Source: Hydrolagus colliei
Lineage: Eukaryota
Length of the DNA: 64,000 bases
Reading direction: 5' to 3'
Assembly: GCA_035084275.1 (NCBI GenBank)
Contig: CM068755.1
Span: forward strand, 10,230,001 to 10,294,000
Position 1 is the stretch's first letter. Each line of letters starts with the position of its first letter. The position numbers and the translations under genes are program-made. Below are positions 49,492 to 63,269 of the stretch, piece by piece. The notes under the pieces were generated by a model, which had not been told where the DNA came from, made no database searches, and saw only the letters and a program-made list of their open reading frames with translations.

Positions 49492-49580
49492 ACCCCGTCC
49501 CCAGCTCGGGTCTGAAACAATGACTGTCCAGCACCTTGTGACATGAAAGGCGCTATACAAGTGTAATTTTGTGGTTGTTG
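49492..49580 (+). mobile_element. 89-bp L2 extreme 3' tail
   Basis: CCCCAGCTCGGGTCTGAAACAATGACTGTCCAGC...GACATGAAAGGCGCTATACAA...(TTG)n, closely similar to 56775-56870. Confidence 0.85.
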
Positions 49581-49731
49581 TTCCATTGATAGAATAGAAT
49601 GGAAAAGTGCTCCATGTTGATGGGGTTTTAGTTAAAAGTGTTGCTCTGAAGCTTGGGGCTAAAAAGATTGCACTGCAGTGGGAGGCACAGGCAAAAAAAC
49701 CTGCTGTAAAAGACATTAGAATCCAGCAATT

Positions 49732-50200
49732 ACAACAACAAAATTGCATTTATAAAGCACCCTTCACATCGAGGAACATTCCAAGGCGCTGAGCAAGTCA
49801 TGGCAGGACCCGAGCAGGGAGGAGGGGAAGGAGAGACATGGGAGGGCAGCAGAAGGTACGATCGAAGAGGAGGGACTTGAGACCGGCCTTGAAGGAGGAA
49901 AGGGAGAAAGTGAGGTCAAGGGACTGTGGGATAGAGTTACAGAGTGTGGGGGCAGAGAGATTGAAGGCCTCTCCACCAATGGTAGGGTGGGTCGGGCGGG
50001 GGATATGAAGCAGACTGGAGCCCACTGAACGGAGGGTGTGGGCATGTTCATAGGGAGTCAGTAGGTCGGAGAGGTAGCAGGCCGTGAATGGCCTTGAAAG
50101 TGAGGACAAAGATCTTGAATTCGCTTTTCTAGGTGATAGGGAACCAATGTTGCCGGGTGAGGGTGGGAATGGTGTGGTCGGGGAGTTTGGTGCATACTAA
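49732..50200 (-). mobile_element. L2 LINE 3' fragment with ORF2 C-terminal remnant
   Basis: (CAA)n tail at 49732; minus frame gives YLSDLLTPYEHAHTLRS...TIGGEAFNLSAPTLCNSIP...LSSFKAGLKSLLF. Confidence 0.88.
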
Positions 50201-50304
50201 GCTCGGTGAAAGTAAAGAAAGCAAAATTACTCATCAAAGAATTTTGGGGGTGGTGGGTGAGTAGGGCTGGGTGACAAAGGGGAAATTGTGGGCTGGATTC
50301 AATG

Positions 50305-50607
50305 ATAATAATGTTAATAACACTTGCATTTAATTTAGTGCTTTTCAAGTATTCCAGACATCTCAAAATATTTCACATTATATATTGTACAGTGAATTGA
50401 CTGAATTTTTGTGTGTGAAATGCATCAGCCAATTGCGCACAGCAGTATCTCACAAAGTCAGGGACCAATTTATTGATTTTTTTCTTGAAGGATTATTATC
50501 AGCCGTGTTGAGTAAGGAAACTTGCCCAAGATTTTGCCCTGCCAGGAATCAAACCCAGGTTTATCGCTTGTGAGGCGAATGCTCTCACCACTGAGCTACA
50601 GGACTCC
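50305..50607 (-). mobile_element. Full-length tRNA-derived Deu-type SINE
   Basis: Ends CCACTGAGCTACAGGACTCC (reverse head); core and tail present. Confidence 0.9.
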
Positions 50608-51574
50608 ACAATGATAGATATTGTTTAGACTTCATTGTTTCTAAACGACCTGAATTAAGACAAAGTGTAAGATAGTCATAGGGCTAATGATCACTAATAA
50701 TGAGAAGGTGAATCAAGCCACGTATATCGATTAGTTGATTATGACATGTGATTGGATACTAAAGTATACAAACCATTTGCAGGTTAAGGCCAAAAAATGT
50801 GTATACAGTAAATGAAATGTTATTTAGAGCAAGGAGACCCTGAAAGTGGCAGTACATATGAATACAATAATTTACTGGAAACAACCATCATGGCCTGCCT
50901 ACCCAGTACCAAAATAAAAAATTATAATAACTAAATCCTGTACAATATGTCATGCCATATTTGCCAAATAACCAACTCATTCCCTCTTGAATTTGCTGAT
51001 GCAATCTGACTCCATTGTTTGTGTAGCTCATTTGAAATATTTAGCACTTCGGAAAGTAATTTAAATCTCAGCAATAACTACAGTTTTACAGTTTTTTTCT
51101 AAACAAAAAGGATTACATTTTCCAACTTCAAACTAGTGAAATTTTACTTTTCCTTGATGTAATATGTAATTACAACACTGACTGCAATAACAAGCAGCTG
51201 GATCCTGAATTTGAATATGTGCTTCCTATGGGACATTATTACTGAAGCACATGTGAAATTAGATCTTCTGTCCATTTGGCAATTTGCACCTTAAAATGTT
51301 GTTAAGAAAGACTAGAGCCTTTTCATTAGTGTTAAAATCCACCTGAGAAGTTGCTTTTCATTGTAAACTATATCTGTAGTTAAACTGTTTGAGGATAATG
51401 TAACGTAGTTTACTTGTTTTTATACATTTTAGAGAAATGACGTTTTGGAATTACAATCAAAATGAGTATATTATTGGGAGCAGTGTAGAAGAAAGAGCTA
51501 TGAAATAATCTTTCACCATCAAGTTGTTCCGATATTTGTGTCTGAGGTTATAAAAGACAGAAGAGACAACCATA

Positions 51575-51720
51575 AGAATAATCCCTACAATTGATATAGT
51601 ACCTTGTCACGTCTTTGAGACGTCACAGATTATTCAATAAAGTGAATTGACTGTATATTTTGTGGGGGTGGAATATGACAGCCAATTGCGCACACCAGTG
51701 TACCATAAACAGTCGTGGAG
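51575..51720 (-). mobile_element. SINE 3' half
   Basis: AATAATCCC...TTGATATAG...GTGAATTGACTGTATATTT...CAGCCAATTGCGCAC. Confidence 0.75.
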
Positions 51721-54700
51721 CATTCAATATCTTGGCAGGCTTTTGGTTTCAAAATGACAATGTACCAGCAGCAAGCAGTTTTGTCCATACACTTTTGCAG
51801 TTTTGGAATCATTTTTGCAATAAGACTTAATTTGTCAGCATCACCTTTTTCCTGCAGGTGTTTGATGGTTGGAACAGTCGTGTAGAGCTATGACATGGCC
51901 AAAACAAAGTGGAGTCCTTATTTCAGAATAGTACAGTAGGAATCACAAATTAATTGATGCCATCATGACAAAAAGTGCAGCACTGAATCTTCTCTCTCCC
52001 TATCTCTCATTGTAGATGCTATTATTTTAATTCATGCAAATGGATGAGTGATTTCAGTGACCTCCAAATGAATCTGAAGATGGAAGTCACCCATCTTCAA
52101 AAACAGAAAGCAAATCTGGGAATCAGGAATTAGGAGTGAGATTGCAATTGATGCAAAAAAGGAGAAAAATAAAAATAAGTAAAAGTGGAGGCAAACTAAG
52201 AATGGAAAGGGAGAGGTTGGGAACTTGAGCCTGAAATACCAAGAAATACATACGCTTTTAATTCTGTCTGTGGAAAGATCAGTTTTCAATATTAAGCAAT
52301 TGCATCTGTTTTTAAGTAGAGTAGATTTAGAACAAAAGATATATGATAAATTGAGTTAAAAATGCTCAGGCATTACACTGAATTTCTAAAATTGCTTGGC
52401 AATACAGCAATGTGGAGTAGGAAGTCCACTTTGTTTCTGTTTTATGTTGCTTTGAAATTGGAGTGAATATATGTAAACACTCTATTTAGACATTCTGTAC
52501 AGATGTATTTTTGGTGTTGAATGGAATTCAAGATCTGTTGTCTGTTAATTTATTTTAGTTAATGTTAGAGCCATACATGCAATCAGATTGTTACTAACAT
52601 AAAACAAAACTGGCCTGTTCAAAACTCTTGACCTATGTTTTGGACTAAATGATGGAGGAGGCTTCAGCTCATTGCAGTTTGCGGCTGTAGATGTGCAGGA
52701 TAGACACAGCATTAAATTCAAACCCTGCATTGCAAGTATTTTTACCTCCCCAAGATATAAGTGAAATGAGAAAAGGCACTAACAAGAGTCATAAATTTCC
52801 AGTTGTTAATCAGGCTCAATTCATGACGACATTTTGTTTTGACATTAAAATCTGAATCTATTGGGAACGTATTGCAAAACGTCATTTGTACAACTTTTAA
52901 CAAAGACTTCTTTGTTCTTGGCCATTTAATATCAGCAGTTTCATGTCTGTAGAAATGGACTATAAACAATTTTGACAAATGTGGTACAATATTGTGACCT
53001 CCTGCCAATAACTGACATTGAATGCCAGAAACAAATGACTTGCGAGAAAACAGTAAAACTTTACAAGGAAGCAAAAATCTAATGTTTAACCGTGATTCTT
53101 AGTTGGAAATACCTTCTCAATTATCTTCTATGTAAATTTCAGAATGTTACGGAAGATTTATAGCAGGGTGAATTGGCAGCGTTCACTCCCACGATCCCCG
53201 TGGCTGCTTTCTAAAGAAATCGAAACTCTCGGGAGGATATGGGGATAAAGTCAATAGCTACGTTCTGCCGGCTTTGTTCTGTCCAGCTGTATTCACTCAT
53301 CAGTCCGCGGTGAGGAAAAACCTTTCATACGGATGGGCATAATGGAGTGTTCATGGATGAATCTGTTTACACATAATGTAAGGAGCACGGAAGGAGTGAC
53401 TGATGATTGGTACTGTATTTTCAGAAATCATAATAGGAAAAAAAGGAACAGGATAGGCCATTCAGCCCCTCATGCCTGGTCCGCGATTCTATCAGATTAT
53501 GTCCTTCAACTTCAAATAAGATTTTTAGTTCTTGACAAGGATGGGTAATACATTCAAAAAAACATTGTTATCATCTTTCATAAAAAATATACTGCTGCAA
53601 ATATTTGATCAATGGTCATAAGAAAATAAGAACACAAGTAGCTCATTATCTCTGTCAAAGCCAATTCATAATATAATGCAACAAAAGAGAAGAAAAATTA
53701 TTTACGGAAATTGATTTTTTGATTTGAAACTCTTCCTTCACTGCTTCACTGCTTAGTTTTTCATGCCATTCATTTAACAATTCCAGGGTAAGTATTCCGT
53801 TATTTAAACAGATCTATCGCATAATACTATAGTGAAGATTAAAGTCTGCGGTCATCTCCCTAGGACTTATTATATCTGGAGGAATTCACAGAGTCACAAG
53901 CACTTTAGGATCATGTTAAAGTCTGTTCTGTCATTGATCCTTTATCTTTTGGTACCATACTGTACTGTGAAAAATATTTGAGTAAATTTTATAATAATAA
54001 TCCTGCAATTGATATTGCACCTTATCACAACAAACATCTCAAAGCCTTACACAATACACTGTCACTGCACTTCACAGATCTTCACTTTGAGGCATTTTGA
54101 TTCGAAAAGGCATTACAAGTGCAAGCATTACTACTAATGATATTACTTCTATTTCTGCCAATGGTTTACAAAACATGGCAGGGCCAAGCTCTTAATACTG
54201 AGTTAAAGCTTGAACAGGAAAATGCAAGTTGGCAACTGCTTGGGTCTACACCTTATGAATTATTCACATACAACGCTGGAGTGCAATGCTGAGGTTGAAT
54301 CCAAACTATTTTGAAATTGAATAATTCTTTCCAAGTGGAGAGATGCAATTTCTTCTGTTTACTCTCCCCAAGGCTAGTCGTTTAATTTATTGGAATCACA
54401 TGGGATCTCAGGCATAAGGTGGCTAATCTTGGAGCATGGAAGAGCAAGGTTATTTGAGGGGGAATGCAACAATTGAGATATATGCATATGTCAATCTATT
54501 CTTTCTGTAAACACATAATAAGCACAATGTTCTCAGGGAGGTTGCTCGAGCTCCACACCTCCATCTGGTAGTACCATCAACAGGAAGGGATATAAATCAT
54601 AGGCATACATAGGCATAAAGGCCACAGTGATGTGGTTTGACACTGAGCTGGAAAAAGCGGAGAGGTGACCAAAGGCACGGTCGAAGAGGAAAGTCTTCAG

Positions 54701-56504
54701 GTTTCATTTGAAAGACTGGCAAAGAGAAGGCAAAAGCTAGGGATTGAGGCGGAGAGTTCCAGAGATTTGGGGCACAAGTCAGATTAGAAGAAGGTCGATT
54801 AGAAGAGGTTTAAAAATTAAAAGACAGACCATTTGAGTCTCCCCAAATTACTAACGCTGTGCTACAAATAAAGAAATGGGAATGACTGTAGAAAATATGT
54901 GTTGAAATGTTTGCCTCATTTCAAGGTAGACGGCGACCTCTAAGAGAGACCTCTAAGAAATGTCAAGCTGGAAGAACAACAGGCAGACTGGAGATCGCTG
55001 ACCCCTGGAGAAGGAATTGGAGCTGTGTTCTTGTTCAGAGGCCAAAAAGGGGTGGAAGGGTCATAGGTTGTTCTGACCAACTCTGGTGAATCTGAAGAAT
55101 CTATTGAGTCTGTTGGTTTGGGAAAAACATGCGTGCGTTCAAAGCTCTTGACCGCCTTAATATTTTAATGTACATACTTTATCGGATTGTAAATCAGGAA
55201 TACAATCCTTAGGGATATCAAAGCATGCCACTTGTGTTTTGCAAAGCCCCTTAAAAATTCAAACAACAATTCTAAACCATTTGTAAATTTTGCCATGAAG
55301 GTAAACAGAGATCTCGCGTTTTTTTGCCAATTGTAATCCTGTCACTGTTCTGTGAAATGTGAAGGGTTAACACAAAAGGGAATACTCCACGCTGGCAAGT
55401 ATGAGGACGAGTTCAGTAGCTGAAAAGGAGCGGTTCAGTTTGCGCTTTACAATGGGAGGGATTACTTATGCTTCTTTTACTGGGCCTCTGACTACACTGT
55501 GAGGGACACCCAAGTGACTGTTAACAATTGAGTGTCTCTCATTGTGCGATCCCAGCATAACAGCTTTTATATTTAAATTCCCTGTGTCTTCCAGCCTTTG
55601 TTCCACGTATGCGCCAAAGCAGTCACATTGTTGTTCTAGTGGACTATTGCTGGACTAAATAGCAATAGTGGAAGCCAGTAGTTTCACTTGAATATCAGGT
55701 GATTTTGCTCCTGAGCTTTTATTTAGGTAGCATTAGTCAGGAGTGGAGTGGGTTGAGGGATTAATGTGAAAAGTTCTGCTCATGTATACACACAAAATAA
55801 ACTCTGCACACGATATCCTTCATTGTTTTCTTCTCCTTTCCCATCTTGTTATCTGTTTTCCGAGTTTCTGTTTCTTCTTTAATGGATTAACTCTCTGGTT
55901 TCTGCCTCCAGCTCTTTTGCACGTTTTGCCTTGTGCCTTGTAAATTTTCTTTGTCTTTCTTTGTCTGCATGATGTTCTCTCTTTGTTTGATCTCTCCCTC
56001 CCTCCCTCTACCTTGTCTGTCTCTCTCTCTCCTGTTCTGTCTTCTCTGCAGTTGCCAGACATGCCCCATGAAGAATGTATAAAATATTAGACACAATCTT
56101 ATCTTATTCCTGTCCTGTGATGAGCACCACTTACCACTGACATGCACTTTACTCCTCTGCCTGGAGTAAATGTGAACAAAAGATTTGGTTGACATGAACC
56201 ACTGCATTACAGAACCAGATCAAAGAGACTCTCTAATCAGTTAAGCTTCTCTGCTAACTAGCTGAGCCATTTGGATTAGAAAGGCCCAGGTTCAATGCTT
56301 GGTCCATACTGAATTAACTCATCTTTGTGAACGGGCAGAAGTGACAGTACAATTGGATTCAGTGCCCCAAATTATTAAGTGGAGTTTAATCCCGGGCTCA
56401 CTCGTGTCAGAATTGAGGGTCAGTAAATGTCCTTCTGGCCAGAAAATTTTGGAGCTTCTAACTGGGTTGATTGTTTGATTGAAAAGCGCAATCGACTCTT
56501 ACCA

Positions 56505-56872
56505 ACCAGATTGAATTCAAGATCCTGGTCCTCACCTTCAAAGCCCTCCATGGCCTTGCCCCACCCTACCTCTGCGACCTCCTAACACCCTATCAACCTG
56601 CCTACTCCCTCCACTCAGCGGGCTCTGGCCTGCTCCATGTACCCCGAACACCTGCCCCACTATCGGCCACTCTGCCCCTAACCTCTGGAATTCTATCCTG
56701 CAGTCCCTCCTTCACTCATGGTCCCATTGGTCAACCCAAATCCCCTCCTTCCCCTCTATCCTCTCTGATCCCGACCCCAGCTTGGGTCTGAAACATTGAC
56801 TGTCCAGCGCCTTAAGGACATCCTCTTGACATGAAAGGCGCTTTTTTGCAACAAATACAATTTTGTTGTTTT
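56505..56872 (+). mobile_element. L2 LINE 3' end with ORF2 C-terminal remnant
   Basis: Translates IEFKILVLTFKALHGLAPPYLCDLLTPYQPAYSLHS; (TTG)n tail. Confidence 0.9.
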
Positions 56873-57111
56873 TACAATGGAGAAACACTTGTGAGTGATG
56901 GGCATTGAGGTGAGGGCCTAGATGGCACCTGGGACATATGGAGCCTCAGTTCTTAGAATGGGAGAAAAAAAGTCAAATTCCTTCGGGAGAGGAGAGAAGA
57001 AGGAGGGAAGGATAGATAAAGGGTTTTAAAGTGCGCTTACTTTGATCCATCAGATCTCAATGCTGTCCACAAGAAACCGGTTTCAATCAGATGGTCAGTG
57101 TTTTAGAAATA

Positions 57112-57320
57112 AACAACAACAACAATTTACATTTATATAGCGCCTTTCACGTCGGGAGGACGTCCCAAGGCGCTAAACAAGAGGCGTGTGACCCGAGCTG
57201 GGAGGGGAATGTTTGGGAAGGTGTGAAACACGAAGGGGAGGTAAAAGAGTTTGGGGTGGAACAAAAGGCACGATCGAAGAGGAAAGTCTTCAAATCGGCC
57301 TTGAAAGAGGAAAGGGAAGG
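57112..57320 (-). mobile_element. L2 LINE 3' end
   Basis: (AAC)n ATTTACATTTATATAGCGCCTTTCACGTCGGGAGGACGTCCCAAGGCGCT; CpGs well preserved, so probably relatively young. Confidence 0.9.
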
Positions 57321-60184
57321 TTTAATTATACAAACCATATGGGAACAATGAGCAGTTTAGCTTCACAGTTGAAAAAGAATAGTAGTATATCTCCTGATAG
57401 AGGATGTGGGGAAATGGTAAGAACAGTGGTTAATTGCTCTTATTACCAGATGGTTCACTTACTTCCTTTTAAACAGTTCAGTGTAAATCCGAATGATAGA
57501 TAGTGTAAATCTCATTAAGAAAGGAACAGGCGGACTTTTGACTGCAAAGCGTAGATGTAATGAATGTTGGTGATGGAGTCAGATTTATTTGTTGAACTGG
57601 AATGCAAATTATATGAAGTGTTTGTCTAAACATTTACGAGGTTTAAAATGTAGTGCGTAAGTTCCTGACTTTATCTGTTATCTTTTTCCATGTAACTAGC
57701 AGTACGTACTTGGGACAAGCAGACTTTGGGTCTATCCTAATCTACTGTGCTTATCAAAAAACAAAAGGAACTAGATATAGTAAATTTCAAAACCTAGTGG
57801 GAAATTTAAAGTTACAAATATGAGTGCATGTGGAAATGATTGGTCATTTCAAACACGTGGCCCCCGATCACGCACCATCAGGTTAAACTTTAGGCAAAGA
57901 CAACTGTTCAGGGTAAAGTTTTACAAGCACATCGCAAAGTTTGAATCACTTTGAAGCTCCTTGTGAGTGGAATGTGGAACCAGAGATATCCTGCTTCTCA
58001 GAGTATAGATCATTCTCCCCCATCCCCTCCCCCTGCCCATACCAACATTTCTGGAAGGTGACAGGCCTGGGAGGAGATGGCCAAGTTTACACATGAGATG
58101 AAGGCAATCCAGAGGAAGTGGCCTTTGTTATGGAAAAAACGTATATGAATAAAGAAGGTGCCAGGGTAAATACTGATCTTATTTCTTTTACAAACAACTT
58201 CCAATTTAAGTATTCCTGCCAAATGGGGGGTAATAAGTGTAATTCCCCTACAAGTACTTTAATGCAGTGTTCTGCCCAGTGACACATAGTCTACCTACAA
58301 AATACAGTTGGTCCACTTAACAGTATATCCTGTGTAGTGCTTTGAGACGTCTCAGCGACGTCATAAGGTGCTATAACAAATGCAAGGAATATGGTTATTA
58401 TATTACCAAAATGGAATTCAAGAATGTAAGTGGACACGCTGTGAGAGGAGAGGGCTGTCATTTAAAGAAGCATATTTTATAAGAACCCAGGGATGCGTAA
58501 ATGTTCATTGTATTGATGTTAACAGGCTAAGTTGCTGTATTAATAATACACAGGGGAACAAGAGAGATCTGTAGATTTGCATCAAGCCATAAAACAGGAG
58601 GAATGAGTGATAGATATTGCTGGCCAGGAGGTCTCATGGGCTTTGGCCATTTGATAGCCATACAGATAGGTTCAATCCTTGCTAGATGCTGAATAAGTAG
58701 GAGTCAAAATTGTAATGTTTGCTAATGGATTTGATGGTCGTGATTATCACTTGACAGTACCCAAATGTCAAAACAGGAGTCAGGGAGGTTCTGGAGTGTA
58801 AGAGAGATAAACTGACTGTTGGTTGAGGCAGGTTAAAAGGGTACTTTTAAAGGGTAAGTATGTTATGTCAGCAACATCCCATGAAAAGCAATCAGGATAA
58901 TGACCACCATGATGAAACATGATGAATGTTTATTAGGTAATTTAGATGAGGGAGAAATATTGGTCAGTGCACCACCCTCTTCTTCTTCAAAACAGCGTCA
59001 TGCATGCATTCGGCATCCATTCAATCCACAATAATAGGTTGACCATTCCATGTTTCATCCAAAAATAGAAACTATGGAGCATTTAATTTGCATTTCAAGA
59101 AAACACTCCAGAAACTGGTGTTCATTAATACTGAAAATTAACAAGGAAACAGAGTGGGAACATCCTCTCTGCAAAATCCTCATATAAATCTTACCGGCTT
59201 ATAATCACACCACTGATTTGAATTACCGTTTAGTGGCAATGAAGAGACGGATCCGGTAAATAGAACGTGGGAATGCTGTAACTAGTATATTCTTAAGAAT
59301 AAATCTGACATTAATTCCTCTTAATGCCGAAGAAATTGGCCACAAAATATAGTCCCAATTCACTTTACAGTATATTCTGTGAAGGGCTTCGAGATGTTTC
59401 GAAGAAGTGATAAGGCGTTGTATCAAAATGCAAGGATTATATAATTCATTAAGACCAAATGGAAAGCCTACGGTTGTTTGGAGCAAGGCAAGGTGGATGA
59501 TATAGAGCGAGAGAAGGCTATAGTAAAAAGTTGTGATCCGCGCGAGTGTAACTGATTAGGTAACAATTGTCTCAGAATAAGGTTTTCATTCAGAACATGG
59601 ATGAAAGCGGCTTGAAACCAATCTGAATTGTTACTATTGTTTTTTCATTTACTACTGCTTAAAACAATATCTGTTTTTGGTTACGTATGTTACAATGCAG
59701 TGCTGTTCTGCCAAATATTGTAACTGAATTACAGTACATTCAATCTGGCAGAACACTGTGAAGCTATTAAATCCATAACTGAGACCATTGTTTTTTTGCA
59801 AGCAGTCATAAGAAGGAAATAACAGCACCTACTCAGCCTAAATTGCGGTCATTATAATTATAAATCCACCTCAAAAATCATCGACAAAAAACAGAGTTAA
59901 TAAGAATATTGAGAGGGAAAAAAAGATTTCTACCACGGTCTTGAGTTGTCACTATGATCACCTGTTAAATGTGGGCGCTAAGATTTCAGACATCTTGATT
60001 ACATTCAAAATGATCGTTGTTCTGGTTACACATAGGGAGCTGATGATTGTGCAATGAGGACATACTGTGCACTTTAACTACAAGATGTGTTACGCACAAT
60101 CCATTAAAAAAAGTATCTTTAGTACTTCTCGTTGTTACTTCTCTATAATGGAATTTCCCAACATCGATGATCGCATATCACTAA

Positions 60185-60628
60185 ATGATAAAAATTGTTG
60201 CGTTTGATATAGTGCTTTATCAGGTCAAACTATCTCACAGGGCTGTCCAGAGCTTTCTCTTGTGAAGTATGCTGAATTGTTGGTGAACGTGGCAGCCAAT
60301 TTGCGCACAGCAGTGTCTCACAAACAACCCGCATGAAATGAATGACTAATTTATTTTTACCCGGGGGACCTTGAAAGTCCCCTGCAATGCTGGAGAAATC
60401 CTGCATCATCAAAGATGCCATCCTGGTTTCTCCTGGTTTTATATCAGCAATTCTCCTAACAAAATTGATTGTTCATTTCACGGCTGTTTGTGAAACATTG
60501 ATGTGCGTAAATTGGCTGCTGCACTTACAATTTACACTTTACAGTAAATCCCGTGAAGCACTTTCAGACGTTTTGACAATATGGTAAGAACTAAGAAGCT
60601 ATATCAAATACAAGGATTTTTATTATTA
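60185..60628. mobile_element. Two SINE 3' halves in opposite orientation (about 60185-60355 minus, 60465-60628 plus)
   Basis: GGCAGCCAATTTGCGCACAGCAGTGTCTCACAAACA versus TGTTTGTGAAACATTGATGTGCGTAAATTGGCTGC; tails point outward. Confidence 0.75.
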
Positions 60629-61429
60629 AGAAGAACAAATAATAAAGCTAACAGTAAGAAATCTACTTAGTCTTCCCTCCAGGTAAATACAGAGTATTAC
60701 TTGGATTAATCCAAAAGAAACTGAGAAGATAGGAGATCTTTACAAAGAAATATTTAAGTTCCCTCAAAGAAATTACATGCTTAACATAGAAGTTCCCTCA
60801 ACAGATTTTGTATGCCTTTAAATTTTGCCACAGACACTATATTGATCCCCACACAATAGAAAGAATATTTCTCAAACATACTATACATGTAAGGATTTGT
60901 ATTGAATACATTTGTATTGTATACAGCTCTCATTTACTTTATGATGAATAGGAAAAGGTTAACATTATTACTCTTGCAGGATCTGGGCGACAAGGAACAG
61001 CTACAGTCATTTGAAGATCATATAGATCAATAGTTGCACACTTCCTCCAGAAATATGAGGGAAACGTGTATTAAATGTCAGAGTCACGCATTCAAAGAAT
61101 ATGATACTGTATTTTGTTTTTGTCCCCTGATTTTCTCTGTTTCTGCTTTGAAGGCACTGACTCATGTTTGGTTCTGATCACATGAACACCAGGAGCTCTC
61201 CAGAACCTCATCAAAATGGCACCCTTCACTTATAACACTAAAGATTTAATGTTGGCAGACTATTTGACCATGCAACTTGTCAGCTACACCCAGTTTAGAT
61301 CTTTTCCAATACTCATATCCAGATGCCTTCCCTCAAGAATTTTTCACACAGTGGGGTCCCACTAGACCATATGTTACTTAGAAACTTGCATAATTTAATG
61401 TGTAAAAAAAATTCAGGCCAAATGGGATG

Positions 61430-62350
61430 ATGTTTAAGGAAATGGATGAGGTGTTAGCTTATATTTTTGGAAGCATGGTGTAGCTTTACCACTGCTCAAC
61501 AAAGGAGTTCAGGCACAACTATGGAAATGGTAGAGTGGTTAGTCTAACATTGGTAAATAGGAAAATGCTAGAGATCTTTATACAAGATGAAATTAATATG
61601 CATTTAAAAGGCATAGATGCTATAAACAATAGTCCATAGAACCACAGAAATGTACAACTCAATTGGAGGCCATTCAGCACATTATTTCATGTCAGTTTTT
61701 GCCCCTGTAAGAAGCCATCCATCACTGTCAATGTGGATCTAGAAGCTGTGGTTCATTCCTCTGAGTCTAAAGGAACTCTTAAAAAAAAGCTAAAGTGATA
61801 GATGATTTAATATCATATCCAGTGCTTATTATTTACATGAATTTTCAAAATGTACAGTATTTGATAAAGTTGCATTCCACATGTAATACTTTTATGGGTA
61901 TTAAAATTCACAAAATTAGTTGGAGATTTCCTGGTTGGATTAGAAACAGTGAGCTGAAAGTCACGAATAAATGGAAAAAAGTGCATCCAATGACTGCTGT
62001 AATCCTGTAAGTTTCCATTTTGGAATACTTAGCATTCATTAATGACTTTGGGGTGAACGTTTCTCGTAATATAAATTGTGCTTATGTGCAAACTGAATAA
62101 TCAATAATAGCAGGAAGATAAACAGGATGCAGAACTGGACTAATACTGTGCTCAGGTCAAGGCATGGGCTGACCATTTTTAAGGCAGATAACTGCTAAGT
62201 AATGCATATTGCAATATGAAACAGAAAGGTATACTGAATGGAAGGCTGTCCATTAGCAGAGGTGAAAAATAATAACTTAAGTACAATTATTGATTATTCA
62301 CCAAAGCTTTTCAGATAATAGCGACACAGTTAATTCAATATTAGACTGAC
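61430..62350 (+). mobile_element. Heavily decayed CR1-clade LINE reverse-transcriptase region, interrupted at about 61636-61790
   Basis: Frames give GNGRVVSLTLVNRKMLEIFIQDEINMHL, VLIIYMNFQN, WIRN and FINDF, degenerate forms of the CR1 RT motifs GNYRPVSLTS..GKMLE, VDVIYMDFQKAF, WI.NWL and YINDL. Confidence 0.7.
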
Positions 62351-63269
62351 TGCATCTTCAGGCAAGGAAACTTTGAGTGTTACCTGCATTTAGCATACCT
62401 CACACCACATAGACATAGAGGGAAGCCATGTGCTTCATCATAAGGATACAAGCATAAAACAAGACTTGAAAAGTAAAGTTCAACCTTGCAACTTATATTT
62501 AATGAACATTCCTATCCCACAGTTGCTAACAAATATACGGTCTTTCCACTTCACTGTGAAACTCTGTAATGTGCTATGTGAAGCTTACTCTTTTAATCCA
62601 ATTTAATAGCATAAATTTCACTGTCTTCATGTAGTCCATCACATAGCCCATACCACTGATCCTAAAAATAAAAACAACTGTATATAAATCTTTAGTCTTC
62701 ACCAAGATCATTCAATACCAGGAGGACAGGGTAATGAGTATGATTCTAAATCAGTTCATCTTGTTCGACAAATTGGGTGAGGCGATCGCCATGAAGGCAA
62801 ATGATACAAGTGCCATTTCCCACTCATACAGTAAATGTGCACTAAACTGTTGATTGGAAAGATCACTCAGTAATGGGGGAAAAGTTTCAACAGTCAGACA
62901 GTTTAAATATTTTAATAACTTGTATGAATATTGAATCTGTCTACTTGTGTGTTTATTTTCTGCCTTGATTGGATTAATAATTTATTATAGTTTTATAATA
63001 GTGGAGGTTCTCACTTCTTTGGATAAGGCATTAATCTATGACTTTCTGAAGCACACAACAGAACTGCAGTATATACAATCTTAGTGAGCTCAATACCATA
63101 CACACAGTAAGGTAAATGAGTACTGAAAAAAATTGTTTAAAAATCTATTTGAGTAATATTGTGGAGTAAAAGCTGTTGATTGTCGCAGTAGAAGCAAGTT
63201 ACTATTACACAGCAGTTTGCAACAGAGCAATGTGTAACTGGTAAAACAACAACAATTTATAAAGCAATT

